From NCBI GenBank assembly GCA_009859145.1, contig VRVR01000004.1, positions 1 through 64,000 of the forward strand: a stretch of DNA of 64,000 nucleotides, in the 5' to 3' direction. The notes under the pieces are model-generated. The model was not told the DNA's origin. It saw only the letters and a list, made by a program, of their open reading frames with translations, and did no database searches. Origin of the DNA: Andalucia godoyi And28 (Eukaryota; Protista; Jakobida). Positions 52,656 through 64,000 of this stretch are shown in pieces (positions within the stretch are counted from its first letter, which is position 1; each line of letters begins with the position of its first letter). Both the position numbers and the translations under genes were made by a program.

Positions 52656-52994
52656 TTAGATGATAAGCGGAGCAGCGACGTGGACGTCCTGCACCTTTGA
52701 GAGGAGGAAATCCGAGACGGTTCTCTTCTTCGCCGGGTCGATTCTCTTCACCTGCTCCAGCTCGATATCCGTTTGTCGCTCAAGTTGGATGCGATACTGA
52801 TCTCTGCTGTTCAGATCCGACGCGTGCTTCTGGCGGAACTGATTCTCCATTTCCTGCTTGAACTTTTGGATCTCCGCCTCGGCCTCCGTCTTGGCTCGCT
52901 TCAAAAGCGCAATCCGTGCCTTCTTTGCCTCCGACACTACCGTATTGGCTTCTTGCTCCGCTGCCAAAAGCTTCTGCACCGACTTGTTATCCAT
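52656..52994 (-). CDS. VMA10: V-type proton ATPase subunit G
   Basis: MDNKSVQKLLAAEQEANTVVSEAKKARIALLKRAKTEAEAEI; 112 aa. Confidence 0.92.
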   Translation of the reverse strand: MDNKSVQKLLAAEQEANTVVSEAKKARIALLKRAKTEAEAEIQKFKQEMENQFRQKHASDLNSRDQYRIQLERQTDIELEQVKRIDPAKKRTVSDFLLSKVQDVHVAAPLII

Positions 52995-53587
52995 CCCCGC
53001 TCTAACTATTCCTACTATCAGTTCAGCTATACGAGTGCTTGCTTGTCTGCTTGCTCTTTTTCTGCAGTTCAGAACAGGAAAAAAATTATAATCGTACACA
53101 AACACTCACTCACTTACAGACATACACAGACGCACACCCAGAAAAAAGAATGCACGAAATAAAACAAAAATCGACCGAAAGGCTTCGAGCATTGGCAATG
53201 AGAGTTTTTGATTGAGAAGTGAATAAGTTGTACTGCCTGTCTACAGTCCGGTGATTCTCGGAGCATAATACAAAAAAAAAGGCACCTCGTTACCCTAGGA
53301 ATAGAGAATAGGGTTTCCGGAAACACCAACTGTTCCCATCCAGCCCTTTTCTCTTCTCTTTCTGCGAGCGTTGAATTTTCCCACCAATTTTTTCTAAAGC
53401 AGCAAAACATTTCTGATAACTTTCTTCTCCATTTGTTTTTTCTCCATCTTTTTCGTTCGTTTGTTACATATATATACGTATTCACATTTTTATTTTTGTT
53501 TCTTTATCGGTGAGTGCTTGTTTTGTTTTGTTTCTTCTTCATCTTCTTCTTTCGCCATCCACCGTCACCGTCGTTGCCGTCACCATC

Positions 53588-54373
53588 ATGGATTCTACCC
53601 CGCTTCGATCGCCCAATGTACACGGAGATGATAATGTATCTCCGTCCAAGATTCGCATTCGGCAATTGTCGGACAAGCTGACTGGTCTTCAGGTTGGGCT
53701 TGAAGAAGAGCGGGTATCCCGACGAGAGGCGATCGAGATGAAAATCAAGGTTCTTGATGAGAAGCTGGCGCGTATCCAGACTGCAGAAGACAACAAATTC
53801 AAGATGCTGAAGGAACAGATTGGAAAGCTGCAGGAAGGACTTGCGACGGAAAGAATAGCACGTGAGATTCTTGATGAGCGCAAGACAAAGGAGCTCAAGC
53901 TTGTGGAATCTTCTGTGAGCTTGGATCTGAATGTGGAAAAGCAGGCTCGCAAGGACGCAGAGGCAAAGCTGCTCAAGCAAATGGACGAAAAGATTTTTAG
54001 CGTGCGATTTGAGATGGCAAAGGAGAAGAAGCTGCGAGAAGAAGTGGAGGAAAAGGCACACAAGGAGGTATCAGATGAGGTGCTTCGACTTGCAGAAAGC
54101 ATCGAGATGGAGCGCCGAAGCAGGGAGGAAAAAACCGGCAAAATCACTGCAAAGTTCATGGACGACATTGCAAAAATCAGAGAATCGCTCTCGTCGGAAA
54201 GAAAGATCCGCGAGGAGGCAGAGGCTGCGCTCGCGAGAATGATCGAGGACATGTCAAACAATGTTTCCGGACAGATTCAATACGAGAGAAAGGATCGTGA
54301 GTCCACGGAAGAGACGCTGCTCAAGCTGCTCGAGGATACTTGCAACCGCGTAGAGAACGGGCTGCGCATCTAA
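53588..54373 (+). CDS. SF-assemblin/beta-giardin family striated-fibre protein
   Basis: A short Pro/Ser head is followed by a segmented coiled coil ending ERKDRESTEETLLKLLEDTCNRV, typical of SF-assemblin. Confidence 0.85.
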   Translation: MDSTPLRSPNVHGDDNVSPSKIRIRQLSDKLTGLQVGLEEERVSRREAIEMKIKVLDEKLARIQTAEDNKFKMLKEQIGKLQEGLATERIAREILDERKTKELKLVESSVSLDLNVEKQARKDAEAKLLKQMDEKIFSVRFEMAKEKKLREEVEEKAHKEVSDEVLRLAESIEMERRSREEKTGKITAKFMDDIAKIRESLSSERKIREEAEAALARMIEDMSNNVSGQIQYERKDRESTEETLLKLLEDTCNRVENGLRI

Positions 54374-54791
54374 GCCCATCCTCCTGTCTGTCCAGATTCG
54401 TACTGGTAGGTAGAGTGTTTGTATGGGAGGGTGAATTCTCTTGCTTTTGTTTCGTTGTTGTTGTTGTTTTCTGTTTGTTTTTGTTTTTGGTCCAGTTGGA
54501 ATGAACTTTGCTGTTGTCTGTGTTTTGTGTATGTGTGATCGTCACCCTCATCGTTGTCATCTGCATATTGTTTGCTGTATAAAGAAGAAAAAAGACATTC
54601 GACATAGAACATGGAGCAATGCGCTAGCATGCCAACAACTTGCTACGAAAACACAAACACATACTTGGCACGTACTCAATTTTGTGTTGTGGTTGTTGTT
54701 TTTTCCCCCCTGTTTTTTAATTAATTTTTTTTTTAATTTTTAAAATCTTGTTACCTACCAGTGTGGAACATTGTTGTGCAAGTCAAAATAC

Positions 54792-57074
54792 TCACCGGAC
54801 AGTAGCATTCGACAACGTCGCGGTGCACGGACCAGCGGATGTCGTGAAGACGGCACCCTTGTAATTCGGCACACACTTGGCATCCGTGGAAAGATGCGCC
54901 AGGATCTTGTCCAGTTTCTTTGTGTTGATGTGTGGAACATCCGGTTCGCGCGGATATCCAGCGAATGAAACACGTTCACCAACCTTTGCGCCCGCAGGAA
55001 CTCCAACAAGCTCGACCACTGTGTGCTCCTGATTGGAAGCAGCCAGAACCATTCCTGCAGATTCAATGCCACGCATCTTGGCGGGCTTGAGATTGCACAA
55101 GACAAGCACAAGTCGGTCCTGCATCTGTTCAATAGGAATGAACTTCACAAGCCCCGAGACAATGGTTCTGGGCTTTTCTTCACCCAAATCAATCTGCTCC
55201 ACATAAAGAGACTCTGCATCCGGATGCCGCTTCACCTCCACAATCTTCCCGACACGGATTTCGAGTAAGTCAACTTCAGCTGGCTCATCGGCAGCAGACG
55301 CGGGCGCCTTCGTCGCAGGTGCGCCGATCTTCTTCTGTTCTTCCTTCTTGGCCTTATCGGCGCCGGGCTTCTGTGCGGCGGCACCAGAGGGCACACTCGC
55401 AACTTTCGGAGATGCTTCTTCCGCAGGAACCTCGTGCTTCTGGAAAAGAATATCCGGCGCGGGGCCAAACGGCTGTCCAGCAACCAACTTTCCAAAAACG
55501 AGCTTGTCGTCACCAAAGAAGTCCCTCTCTTGCAAACCAAGGGCGGTGAGGATCTTGGCGGAAGACTCGGGCATTGCCGGGTACACAAGGATCGACACCA
55601 ATCGGACTCCTTCAATCACAATGTACATGACCGTGGAGCACCTTGCGGGATCTGATTTGATGAGCCTCCACGGTGCGCTGTCCGTGACGTACTTGTTGAG
55701 CTCCATCAAAACATCCCAGATGCCCTGCAGAGCCTTCTGGATGTCAACAGCATTGCGGAAATGGTGGTCAACCCAGCCCGGCAAGTCCGACAGCAATCCG
55801 ATGAGCGCATTATCCACGTCATTGTATGCGCCCGGTTGCGGCACCTTCTGATCGGGAACCAGTTTTTGCGAAATGCAGCGAAGAACAAGGTTTCCAAGAG
55901 AATCTGCAAGATCCGAGTTGAGACGACGGATCATCGCCGTTTCAGAATAGTCACCATCCGACGACAAGGACGCTTCTCGCAAAAGGAAGAACCGAAGAGC
56001 ATCAAGACCGAAGCGCTGCGCAACCTCCAAAGGGTCAAATACGTTTCCAAGAGACTTTGAGATCTTCTGCTTGTCCTTGGTCCACCAGCCGTGGGCAACA
56101 ACCTTCTTTGGCAGCGCAATACCAGCACCCACCAGGAATGCTGGCCAGTAGATCGCATGGAACTTCAGGATGTCCTTACCGACGATGTGGTAATCTGCAG
56201 GCCAGCACCAATCTGCCTGTCCTTCTTTTCCTGGGAATCCCGAGGCGGTGAGGTAGTTTGTCAATGCATCCAGCCAAACATACACCACATGGTTGGGATC
56301 CTCCGGAACATCAATGCCCCATTTGACAGCGCTCTTGTTGCGCGACACCGAAAGGTCGTGGAGGCCCCCAGAGACAAATTGCTGAACTTCGCGAGCACGA
56401 AAAGCTGGAATTACGGAATCTGCGTTCTTCTCAATCCATTCCAACACGGGTTTTTCAAACGCCGAGAGTTTGAACATGTAGTTCTCTTCCTGTTTCCATT
56501 CGCATATCCCATTCGTCTCAATGGATCGTTTGCATGGCTTCCCGTTGTTGTCCACGGAATCACACACCTGCGATTCCGTATAGAACGCCTCGTCGGTGAT
56601 GCAGTACCAACCCTCATGTTTTCCAACGTAAATTAGTCCCGCATCGCGAAGACGACGCCACATGTGAGCTACTGCCTGCTCATGATCCGCATCCGTAGTG
56701 CGGATAAAATAGTCATACTTGCAGTTCATATTGTCAAACATGTGGCGGAAACGAGAAGAAATGTCGTCACAGAATTCCTTGGGGGTAACACCACGAGCTT
56801 CGGCGGACTGGGCAACTTTTTGACCATGTTCATCCGTTCCGGTCATGAAGAACACCGGAATGTCTCGCACACGAAACCACCGTGCGAGTGCGTCAGCAAT
56901 GATGGTGGTGTAGACATGGCCAATGTGCGGAAGAGCATTCACATAGTAAATCGGGGTGGTAATATAGACGCGCTTACTCGGTCTCGACGACAGACGGTAC
57001 CGGACCTTCTCGGAGCCTTTGGCAGCCGCAACTTCCGCTAGAACAACCTATTGACACAACCAAACCAAAAAAAA

Positions 57075-57105
<31 letters not shown>

Positions 57106-58038
57106 ACGGCGAGGGAGGAGAGGAAAGACGGGGGGGAATTGAGGAAGACGCAAACGATTTTTCAGTAAGTAAAAACATTCTGTTTGTTTGTTTGTTTGTT
57201 TTTGTTTTTGGTTCTAGATACTTATGAAAAGAAGAGATCTCAAGTACAATTCGTGAGATGAGTGAAAAAGAATTCATACAGTCAACTGCGACGCAGAGTC
57301 GATATTGTATGCCTTCAGACCCTGGATGAACGATTTTTCCTGTCCAAGTCTGTTTGCGTACTCCACAAGTGACGGAAACGCTGAGACAAGGTCCGCCGAA
57401 CCCTTCGTAGACTGTGCAAACAACACGAACAAATACGGAAACACAACGATGTCAGCCAACGACAACGAGCCGCCAAACATGTACGATGAATTGGAATTGG
57501 CGGCAAGCTTTTCTTTTAGAGATTCCAAATGCACACGAACACGATCACCACCCTCTGCGCCTTCTGACGCGACAAACACTGCAACATCACGTGAAAAGTG
57601 CGTTTCCTCCCACTCGATGACCTCTGAAATCTGTGCTGCCTCAATGGCTTCGGTGCGCAGTAATGGACGGCCCGTTGGCTTTGCTGCAATATGCCGGCAA
57701 ATCGCATTGCCAAAGAGCACGGATTGTGCGCGATCCAGATCCACGACAGGAACTGCACCGGTCGGAGACCGCATCCAGAATTCCTCGTCCTTGTGTTCAC
57801 GGTCTGCTCAAACAAATTGAAATTAGCAATACACCGCGGTAAGCATAATAAGCATCAAGATGAGTTAATGCATTGCATGGGGACTGTGAAACGCAGAGGG
57901 TGGAATACGAAGAACGGAAAGAAAAACTGACAAACCTTTGGGATCAACAAGAGCCAGCGTCAGAGGAACGCCAGCGGCCTTGGAAGCAATCATGCATTTC
58001 AATGCCTCGGCATTCCCGGCATTGGTAAACAGCTTCAT
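54792..58038 (-). CDS. MARS: Methionyl-tRNA synthetase, three exons: GST-like domain, class I core, C-terminal tRNA-binding OB domain (960 aa)
   Basis: Exons are 58038-57936, 57803-57280 and 57047-54792. The introns are GTTTGT..GCTAAT..CAG (phase 1) and GTATGA..TAG (phase 0), and both keep the frame. Motifs: ITTPIYYVNALPHIGH, YVWLDAL, GKDILKFH and KISKSLGN. Confidence 0.92.
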
Positions 58039-58476
58039 GGCTCAAAAATACAGGACAATACGCAGCGAACAGAAGCGATGATGAATTGGCGAACAACAAC
58101 AGAAAAATTTGCAACGACTACTACTTCGACTGCCACTACTACTTTGTTGAAATGAAAGGAAAAAGAAAACAGAAAGAAACACGAATTGCTATCGTGAACA
58201 CACGCGAAGTGCCGATGAAAGGGAATGACAATTCATTCCGGGCTTTCTGTCAGTCCAGTCATTTCTTGAAGTGTTCATTGCAATAAGAGAATGGACGCTT
58301 CACACTTGAACGGAACCCACTCGATTCATGTTTGGTGTTGTTGTTGTTGATGATTATTTTCCCCCCTAGTTCTTTTTCATATTCCGTGTCGCACTACACA
58401 TCGAGCACAAACTCACACTCCAGGTTTTTTTATTTTTTTTATTTTCTTTGTCTGATACGTATAGCATCTTCACACA

Positions 58477-59229
58477 ATGATGAACAGTCAGCTTGCTCGC
58501 GAGATCGCAAATATGGAGATTGGAAGCCGAGGCCAGACGTGCTCGGTGCATTTGTACGGAGAAGAACAGAAGCGAACAACAGAGCCTATTGTGACGGGAA
58601 CTTCTGTTCTCGGGCTTAAGTACCGTGACGGGATTCTGATTGCGTGTGATACTCTTGCTTCGTATGGGTCAATGGCCAAGTTCCGAAGTGTCCAGCGCGT
58701 TGTGCAGTCTGGACCGGACTCGGTTGTCGGTGCGTCTGGGGAATATTCGGATTTCCAGCATATCCAGGAGCTGCTTGACAATCTGGCAATGGATGATTTG
58801 TACGCCCAGGATAACAAGACGTATGGACCGAAGGAAATCTACTCGTATCTCTCCCGTGTAATGTACAATCGGCGATCCAAGATGAATCCGCTGTGGAACG
58901 CTCTTGTTGTTGGTGGGTTCCGTGGAGGAAAGCCCTTTTTGGGACAGATTGATCTTGTAGGAACGCATTTTGAAGACGAGTCTATTGCAACTGGGTACGG
59001 TGCCTACCTTGCAAGGCCGCTCATGAGGGAAGCACTCAAGAGAAAACCATCCAGCGAATTGTCGGAGGAAGAAGCGAGAAAGGTCCTCGAGGATTGCCTC
59101 AGAGTGCTGTTTTACAGAGAATGCAGAACGATCAACAAGTTCCAAATGGCGCGAGTGAATGCACATGGCGTCACCATCAGCCAGCCGTTTGCTGTCTCTA
59201 CTCAGTGGGAATTCCAGTCGTTCCAGTAG
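58477..59229 (+). CDS. PSMB4: 20S proteasome subunit beta 7 (PSMB4/Pre4)
   Basis: TTEPIVTGTSVLGLKY, GEYSDFQ, YNRRSKMNPLWN and LFYRECRTINKFQ. Confidence 0.96.
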   Translation: MMNSQLAREIANMEIGSRGQTCSVHLYGEEQKRTTEPIVTGTSVLGLKYRDGILIACDTLASYGSMAKFRSVQRVVQSGPDSVVGASGEYSDFQHIQELLDNLAMDDLYAQDNKTYGPKEIYSYLSRVMYNRRSKMNPLWNALVVGGFRGGKPFLGQIDLVGTHFEDESIATGYGAYLARPLMREALKRKPSSELSEEEARKVLEDCLRVLFYRECRTINKFQMARVNAHGVTISQPFAVSTQWEFQSFQ

Positions 59230-59698
59230 TGACGAGCCGCTTTCCTTAGGACAGTCCTCCTTGGTTCCCAATTAAAAAAGCACATACAATTCATGCACAC
59301 ACACACACACACACACACACAAGCGTGCGTTCTTCGGTCCTCTTTTTCTTTCTCTCTCTCTCTCGCCAGAGAAATCACGCATGGAATCAGTTACCACAGC
59401 GGCTGTACGTGCACCACGACTCTCTCAGTCCGGGTTTCCAAGTCTTCCGATGCTTTTATTTAAAACACCAGGTGGAATACTTCAATTTGCAGATTCTACG
59501 TCTCCAAGCTTTTTGTTTGTGTTGGACTGCCTTTTCGCGTTCCCAAGAAAAAGAGGAAAAAAGGAAGGAAAAATTCTGACAAGCAATATCCATCGATCTG
59601 TCTGTCTGTCTGTCTGTCAATCTCCCGTTTTTTTAATTTTGAGTGTTGCTCGTTTTCTTTATTAAATTATAACAGGGGGAGAAAGAAACTTTCGAGGG

Positions 59699-60385
59699 AT
59701 GTTTACAGTTCGCAGTTCGTCTTTGCTGAGTGCTTCGCGCCGAGCTGTGCGAATGTCTGTTTTCCCCACTCGGCGTTGGTTCTCCAACGAAACTTCAACT
59801 CCGGCCAACAATGACCAATCAAAGCCGACTCCCTCCTCCTCTTCATCATCATCGTCGTCGTCTGCAAACGGATCTGCAAACGCAAACGGAAACGGAAACG
59901 GAAACGGAAATGGTGAAGTAATGGAAGGGTTGAAAAAGCAGTTGGAAGAGGCGTCTGCAAAGCTGAAAGAATGCGAGTCAAAATACCTGTATGCACTTGC
60001 CGAGACTGAAAACGTGCGAACACGTGCGCGTCGGGACGTGGAGAATGCAAACAAGTATGGAATCTCAAAGTTTGCGCAGTCGCTGCTAGATGTTGCGGAC
60101 AATCTGCAGCGTGCATTGACGGCGGTGTCCGAGTCAGATAAGAAGAGCTCGCTGTTCACTGGTGTCCAGATGACTGAAAAGGTCCTCACAAAGGCATTCG
60201 AAGTCAACGGATTGGTCAAAATGAGCGCAATGGGCGAGTCGTTCAATCCGGAAGTCCATCAAGCAATGTTTGAAATGCCCGGAGATAAGCCCGGGACGAT
60301 CGCCGCTGTCCTCAGAGATGGATATGTCCTCCACGGTCGAACCATTCGCCCCGCTCAAGTCGGCGTGATCAAGGCAAAGGATTAA
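59699..60385 (+). CDS. MGE1: Mitochondrial GrpE nucleotide-exchange factor
   Basis: A presequence precedes YALAETENVRTR, FAQSLLDVADNL, FNPEVHQAM and GYVLHGRTIRPAQVGV. Confidence 0.95.
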   Translation: MFTVRSSSLLSASRRAVRMSVFPTRRWFSNETSTPANNDQSKPTPSSSSSSSSSSANGSANANGNGNGNGNGEVMEGLKKQLEEASAKLKECESKYLYALAETENVRTRARRDVENANKYGISKFAQSLLDVADNLQRALTAVSESDKKSSLFTGVQMTEKVLTKAFEVNGLVKMSAMGESFNPEVHQAMFEMPGDKPGTIAAVLRDGYVLHGRTIRPAQVGVIKAKD

Positions 60386-60597
60386 GTGGGTCGTTCTCGT
60401 CCGTCGGCACGAGTGCGTGTGTGTGTGTGTTTCTGTTTTCATTTCTTTATTGCTATTCGCTCTTTGACTTTTCTTTTTAATTGCTTTCATTCGGCGTGCT
60501 ATGTTTGTCTGTGAGTCTTCAACCCCTAGAATACACAAAACAAAAAAACATACATCCTCTTTTCATAGTGCAACACCACGACACTGGCTCTCATCCA

Positions 60598-61165
60598 CCG
60601 TTGAATAATAGCACGTCATTGTCATGCATACGGGGGAGTATACATGAACAGACACGGTTAACACTGGCCGACAGTAGCTCGTTTGTTTCACAGGAATTCG
60701 TGCTTGCGCGTAGCCATCCATCATTCGTTCAGCGCACTGCCAAGAGGCGAGCTTCCAAGACACGATCTCCAGTCCCCAGCACTCAGGGCAGCCAACCCCA
60801 AGCAGAAGTCTCAGGGACTGTCTCTTGCAGAACTCTTGGTATTCTGCTACGATGCCCCAGGCGCAGTCGCAGTCGCAAAACCCCACCGTCTTCCTACCGC
60901 CTCTTCCTCTCGTATCTCCAGGTGCATCAATCGCTCCTGCTGCTAGGGCCGCCAGACTCAAAATGCACCCTTCTCAGGAACAACGTGTCACGCTGAGAAA
61001 GTGGCTCACAGACTGATCGAGATTGGGAACGGAGCGCGGAGCATCTATCTGAAGAGCGCCGTGAGGCGTGTTGGGGGCCGATCCCCTTCCCGGCAGCGGG
61101 ATGCAAGACTGAATATGCATGTCTATTCGTAGATATATGCATGTTCGGTGTGTAATGTAGGCGTA
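60598..61165. repeat. Dispersed repeat, copy 2 (homologous to 46842-47288)
   Basis: Has the same two end blocks as copy 1, with a different and longer interior (about 60731-61006). Confidence 0.85.
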
Positions 61166-61397
61166 CATGTCCGGGAAACCTACCTACTACGGCAGTTTCA
61201 TTTCTGTCGCTGCTTCCCTTGGTTTTGGCCAACAATTCAACACAAACAAATGAAAGACTCTTCAAATCCTTTTGCGCTGGCTTTGTACTGCTGCGAACGA
61301 ACGACTCGCGTTTTCGTTTCTCAAAAAATAAGAGCCCACAGAGAAGAAGAAGAAAAGGACGGGGAAAAAATCGGAGAGATCGAAAGACACAGCAAAC

Positions 61398-63326
61398 ATG
61401 GACGATGCGCAGTCAAGACTCCGAGAAATGGACCAGTTTTTCGAGGGTGACATCAAGCGAGAAGGCGCTTCGCTACCAGACCGACTTGTACGTCATTCTT
61501 TTCCCTTGCCCTTGAAACAAAATACAGACGCACACGCATACACTTGTGCATATTACACGATGAGAAGAACCAGAACTCTTACATTTTTGCTTACGATTCT
61601 TCTCAACTGCACGCTGGCGGTTTTGATGAGCCTTTCTTTTAATTTGGATGTGACCAAAAAAACATACCTGTGAAAACAGAGAAGGATTCTGCAGCCACGA
61701 AGAAATCAAGCGAGTGGCATTGTGAAGCGAGGTGATTCTGCGGGGTCTAACAGGACGTCAAAGACGATGCGCTCGAGGAAGTCCGGGCTGCAGGGCGAGG
61801 GTGGGTTCATGTCCGGGTCTTCGTCGTCTTCTTCTTCCGAGCAGAAACTGCACCGAGAACTCACGTTTTATACTTCGGAACACATGGTGAGTTCCCGGAC
61901 AATTGTATTCTTGGATCCGCAGCGAGTCGACGCAGCATTCAAATTCGACCCAAAGTACGTTCCAAGACACGCTCACGGGACGAAACGCGAGAGAGGAAAC
62001 ATAAAGTACAAGGACGCAAAGGAGGCTCTCAAAGTCAACAGGGTCGTGCCTGTCCCAGCTGCGTGTCTGTACTATATGATTAATCCTACAAACACCGCAT
62101 CGGCGTGCTCGCTGGCAATGAACACCGTGACGCATTTGCCGCCTATCTCTCCAACAAAACTGTCCGAAAGGACAGTGTACGTCGGCCAGGCGTCCCCAAC
62201 GGCATCGACAGCATGGACAACCGAACCCGAGAAATCAAACCCGGCGAAAAGCATGTCTCCGCCGCTGCAGAGAGTCGTGGACGACAGTTCCACGGAGAAA
62301 TTTATTCATATCTCTCACGGCGCGTACTTGTTCTGTGTGCTTCGCGACGGAAGGATTCCGTGCATTCCGTTCTTGGTGCCGACAGAAGAACGCGCTGCGT
62401 TTGAGAAGCTGTACGGCGTCGCGAACGTGTCGCTGTATCCAGAGGTGCAAATCCGCGCAAAGTCGTTCGTCGAAGAAGATCTGTTCCCGTGGAGATCTGG
62501 CGAAAGATACAAGAAGGAAATGGAGACAACGATCGCCAAGATCAATAGTTTGCAGAACTTGTCGCTCAAGAACTCGCTGCTGAAAGATCACAATGCAGAT
62601 GGAGACTCGAGCGCCGCTAGCCCGGACGAAAAGACCCGACTGACCGCGGAGGAGGGAATCAACACCTCGCATGTGCGAAAGCCCGCACATATGCCGTCGA
62701 TGGAAGAAATTTTCGAGTTGCAGAAAAATCTCAAGTTCTTTGTCTCGGAGACGTCGCTCATCGGAAGACAGATTGTGTATGTGGACCTGCAGAAGGTTAA
62801 TCAGTCCTTTTTCTACGATCGAAAGTACGTCGGTCCCGGCGGCCGGGGTTCTCGTAGAAAGCGCTCTTTTCAGGCTTACCAGGATATTCGCAAGAAGGTG
62901 CGATCGTGCCAGACCGTTCCAGTGATTGCGGCGCAGCTCCTGGACGCTGACGAAGTGGATATTTCAATTGACCGCCGCACCATTGATCTCGTTGAGCTGG
63001 TGGTGCATTTTGTCGAGGGAAGCCATCTCTTCGCGGTTTTGAGAGACGCCGGATGTCCTTCTATTCCTTTGCTGGTGATGGAGGAGGAGGCCGAGGCGTT
63101 TGAAAGCGAGTTTGGCGTCACAGATCCGGCACTTTGTGAAGGCGAGCCTGCGTACTTGCTGGATCCGCCCGCGAAGCCCAGCGAGCAGACCGGAGATTCG
63201 CCGCATGTTTGGAGCCAGCCACCAGTCGAGATTCGATCGAAAGACGAAGTAGAGCATCCGTGGAGACGAGGATGGAAAAAGGAGCAATCGGCGGGGAAGA
63301 GATCAGGTCACTCGATGACAGTTTGA
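61398..63326 (+). CDS. Hypothetical protein with two internal repeats resembling ParB/sulfiredoxin-fold domains, two exons
   Basis: Exon 1 is 61398-61487 (MDDAQ...PDRL). A GTACGT..GCAG intron (61488-61694, phase 0) joins the track ORF. Repeat pairs: IVFLDPQRVD..KYV / IVYVDLQKVN..KYV and GAYLFCVLRDGRIPCIPFLV / GSHLFAVLRDAGCPSIPLLV. Confidence 0.7.
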
Positions 63327-63638
63327 TAAATATAAAAAAAACGGATGACACACGGATGCTGTGAAAGAAAGAGAGCGAGAAGAAACGACTCTTGCCCATT
63401 CTTCTTGGAAATTTATTTATCCCACAACGGCGCTGCAGCGACAAAAGGAATGGAACAGAAACGGCCAAACGGTCAAACGGAGTAGACAACAAAAAAAAAA
63501 TGTACTGTTTAATATAATGTATCAATAAAACAGAAGAAGAAAATGGCAGGGCAATGTACAACTCGTGTGGTATTTCCTAGTTGTTATTGTTTCTTTTTGT
63601 GTGTGTTTTTCTTTTTGCGGTGGGAGGGATGGAGGCTG

Positions 63639-63998
63639 CTACTGCTTATCTGCAGAAGAAACCACGGACTGCCCAGTCTTCAGAGTCTGTTTGTAATACC
63701 CATTGTAATCCAGTCGTGTCGTGAGATGCGAGAGATGAGACTCGGAGGACGTGGAGTGAGAATGGGAACCGAGCGCATCGAGCAGATCCTTCAAATACAA
63801 ATGAAAGTCATTTTCCATCTTTGCAATGGCGGCAGCGAATTGATCATCGTCCAACGACGCTCGGATGAATGCAGAGGACATGTCGATTCGATTAGAACGC
63901 TCGCGCGAAAAGATGTTCACCTTCTTGTCGCCCCTCGGCTTGTCATACAGTTGCTGTGTGGAAGCTGCAGTCTCGGCAAGGAGATCCTTGAAAAACGA
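63639..63998 (-). CDS. C-terminus of a gamma-tubulin complex component, GCP2-like (partial; runs off the right edge)
   Basis: FAAAIAKMENDFHLYLKDLLDAL...HLTTRLDYNGYY matches the GCP C-terminal RLD(F/Y)NG(F/Y)Y signature. The frame stays open to the window end. Confidence 0.75.
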   Translation of the reverse strand, partial: SFFKDLLAETAASTQQLYDKPRGDKKVNIFSRERSNRIDMSSAFIRASLDDDQFAAAIAKMENDFHLYLKDLLDALGSHSHSTSSESHLSHLTTRLDYNGYYKQTLKTGQSVVSSADKQ

Positions 63999-64000
63999 AT

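Noticed and set aside
60851-61016. TALE-homeodomain-like start (...EQRVTLRKWLTD)
   Set aside because: The frame stops immediately afterwards, and no WFxN helix-3 motif follows in any frame I checked.

Overview
Gene-dense, intron-poor nuclear DNA from a microbial eukaryote that uses the standard genetic code and GT-AG introns. An SF-assemblin gene, a trypanosomatid-like MetRS core and bacteria-like mitochondrial factors (RsfS, TACO1/YebC, uL15m, GrpE) suggest a flagellate in Discoba, possibly a jakobid (inference). Positions 1-8 kb are an accessory zone. It holds a Crinkler-type NTPase+REase gene, a complete 2717-bp hAT transposon (12-bp TIRs, perfect 8-bp TSD, transposase broken by one frameshift and one nonsense codon) and a 5'-truncated CobW GTPase. 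The rest is mostly housekeeping genes. The best hidden signal is missed by the ORF track: a minus-strand gene at 51516-51109 encoding an Rdx-family (SelW/SelH-like) protein. It has an in-frame TGA directly after the conserved Cys (Y-C-U-G-S rather than CxxU), a well-formed type II SECIS hairpin about 110 nt past the stop, and seven tandem in-frame stop codons. Other notable items are a three-exon GST-MetRS-OB fusion whose OB domain is nearly identical to that of the Arc1p-like gene in the same window, a mitochondrial RsfS carrying five 15-residue repeats, a single-domain bacterial-type NadE, an ARM-ZZ-PB1-STE kinase, a permuted DEK, a protein with two ParB/Srx-like repeats and a two-copy dispersed repeat with conserved ends and different interiors. 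All family assignments come from motif recognition by eye; no database search was run.
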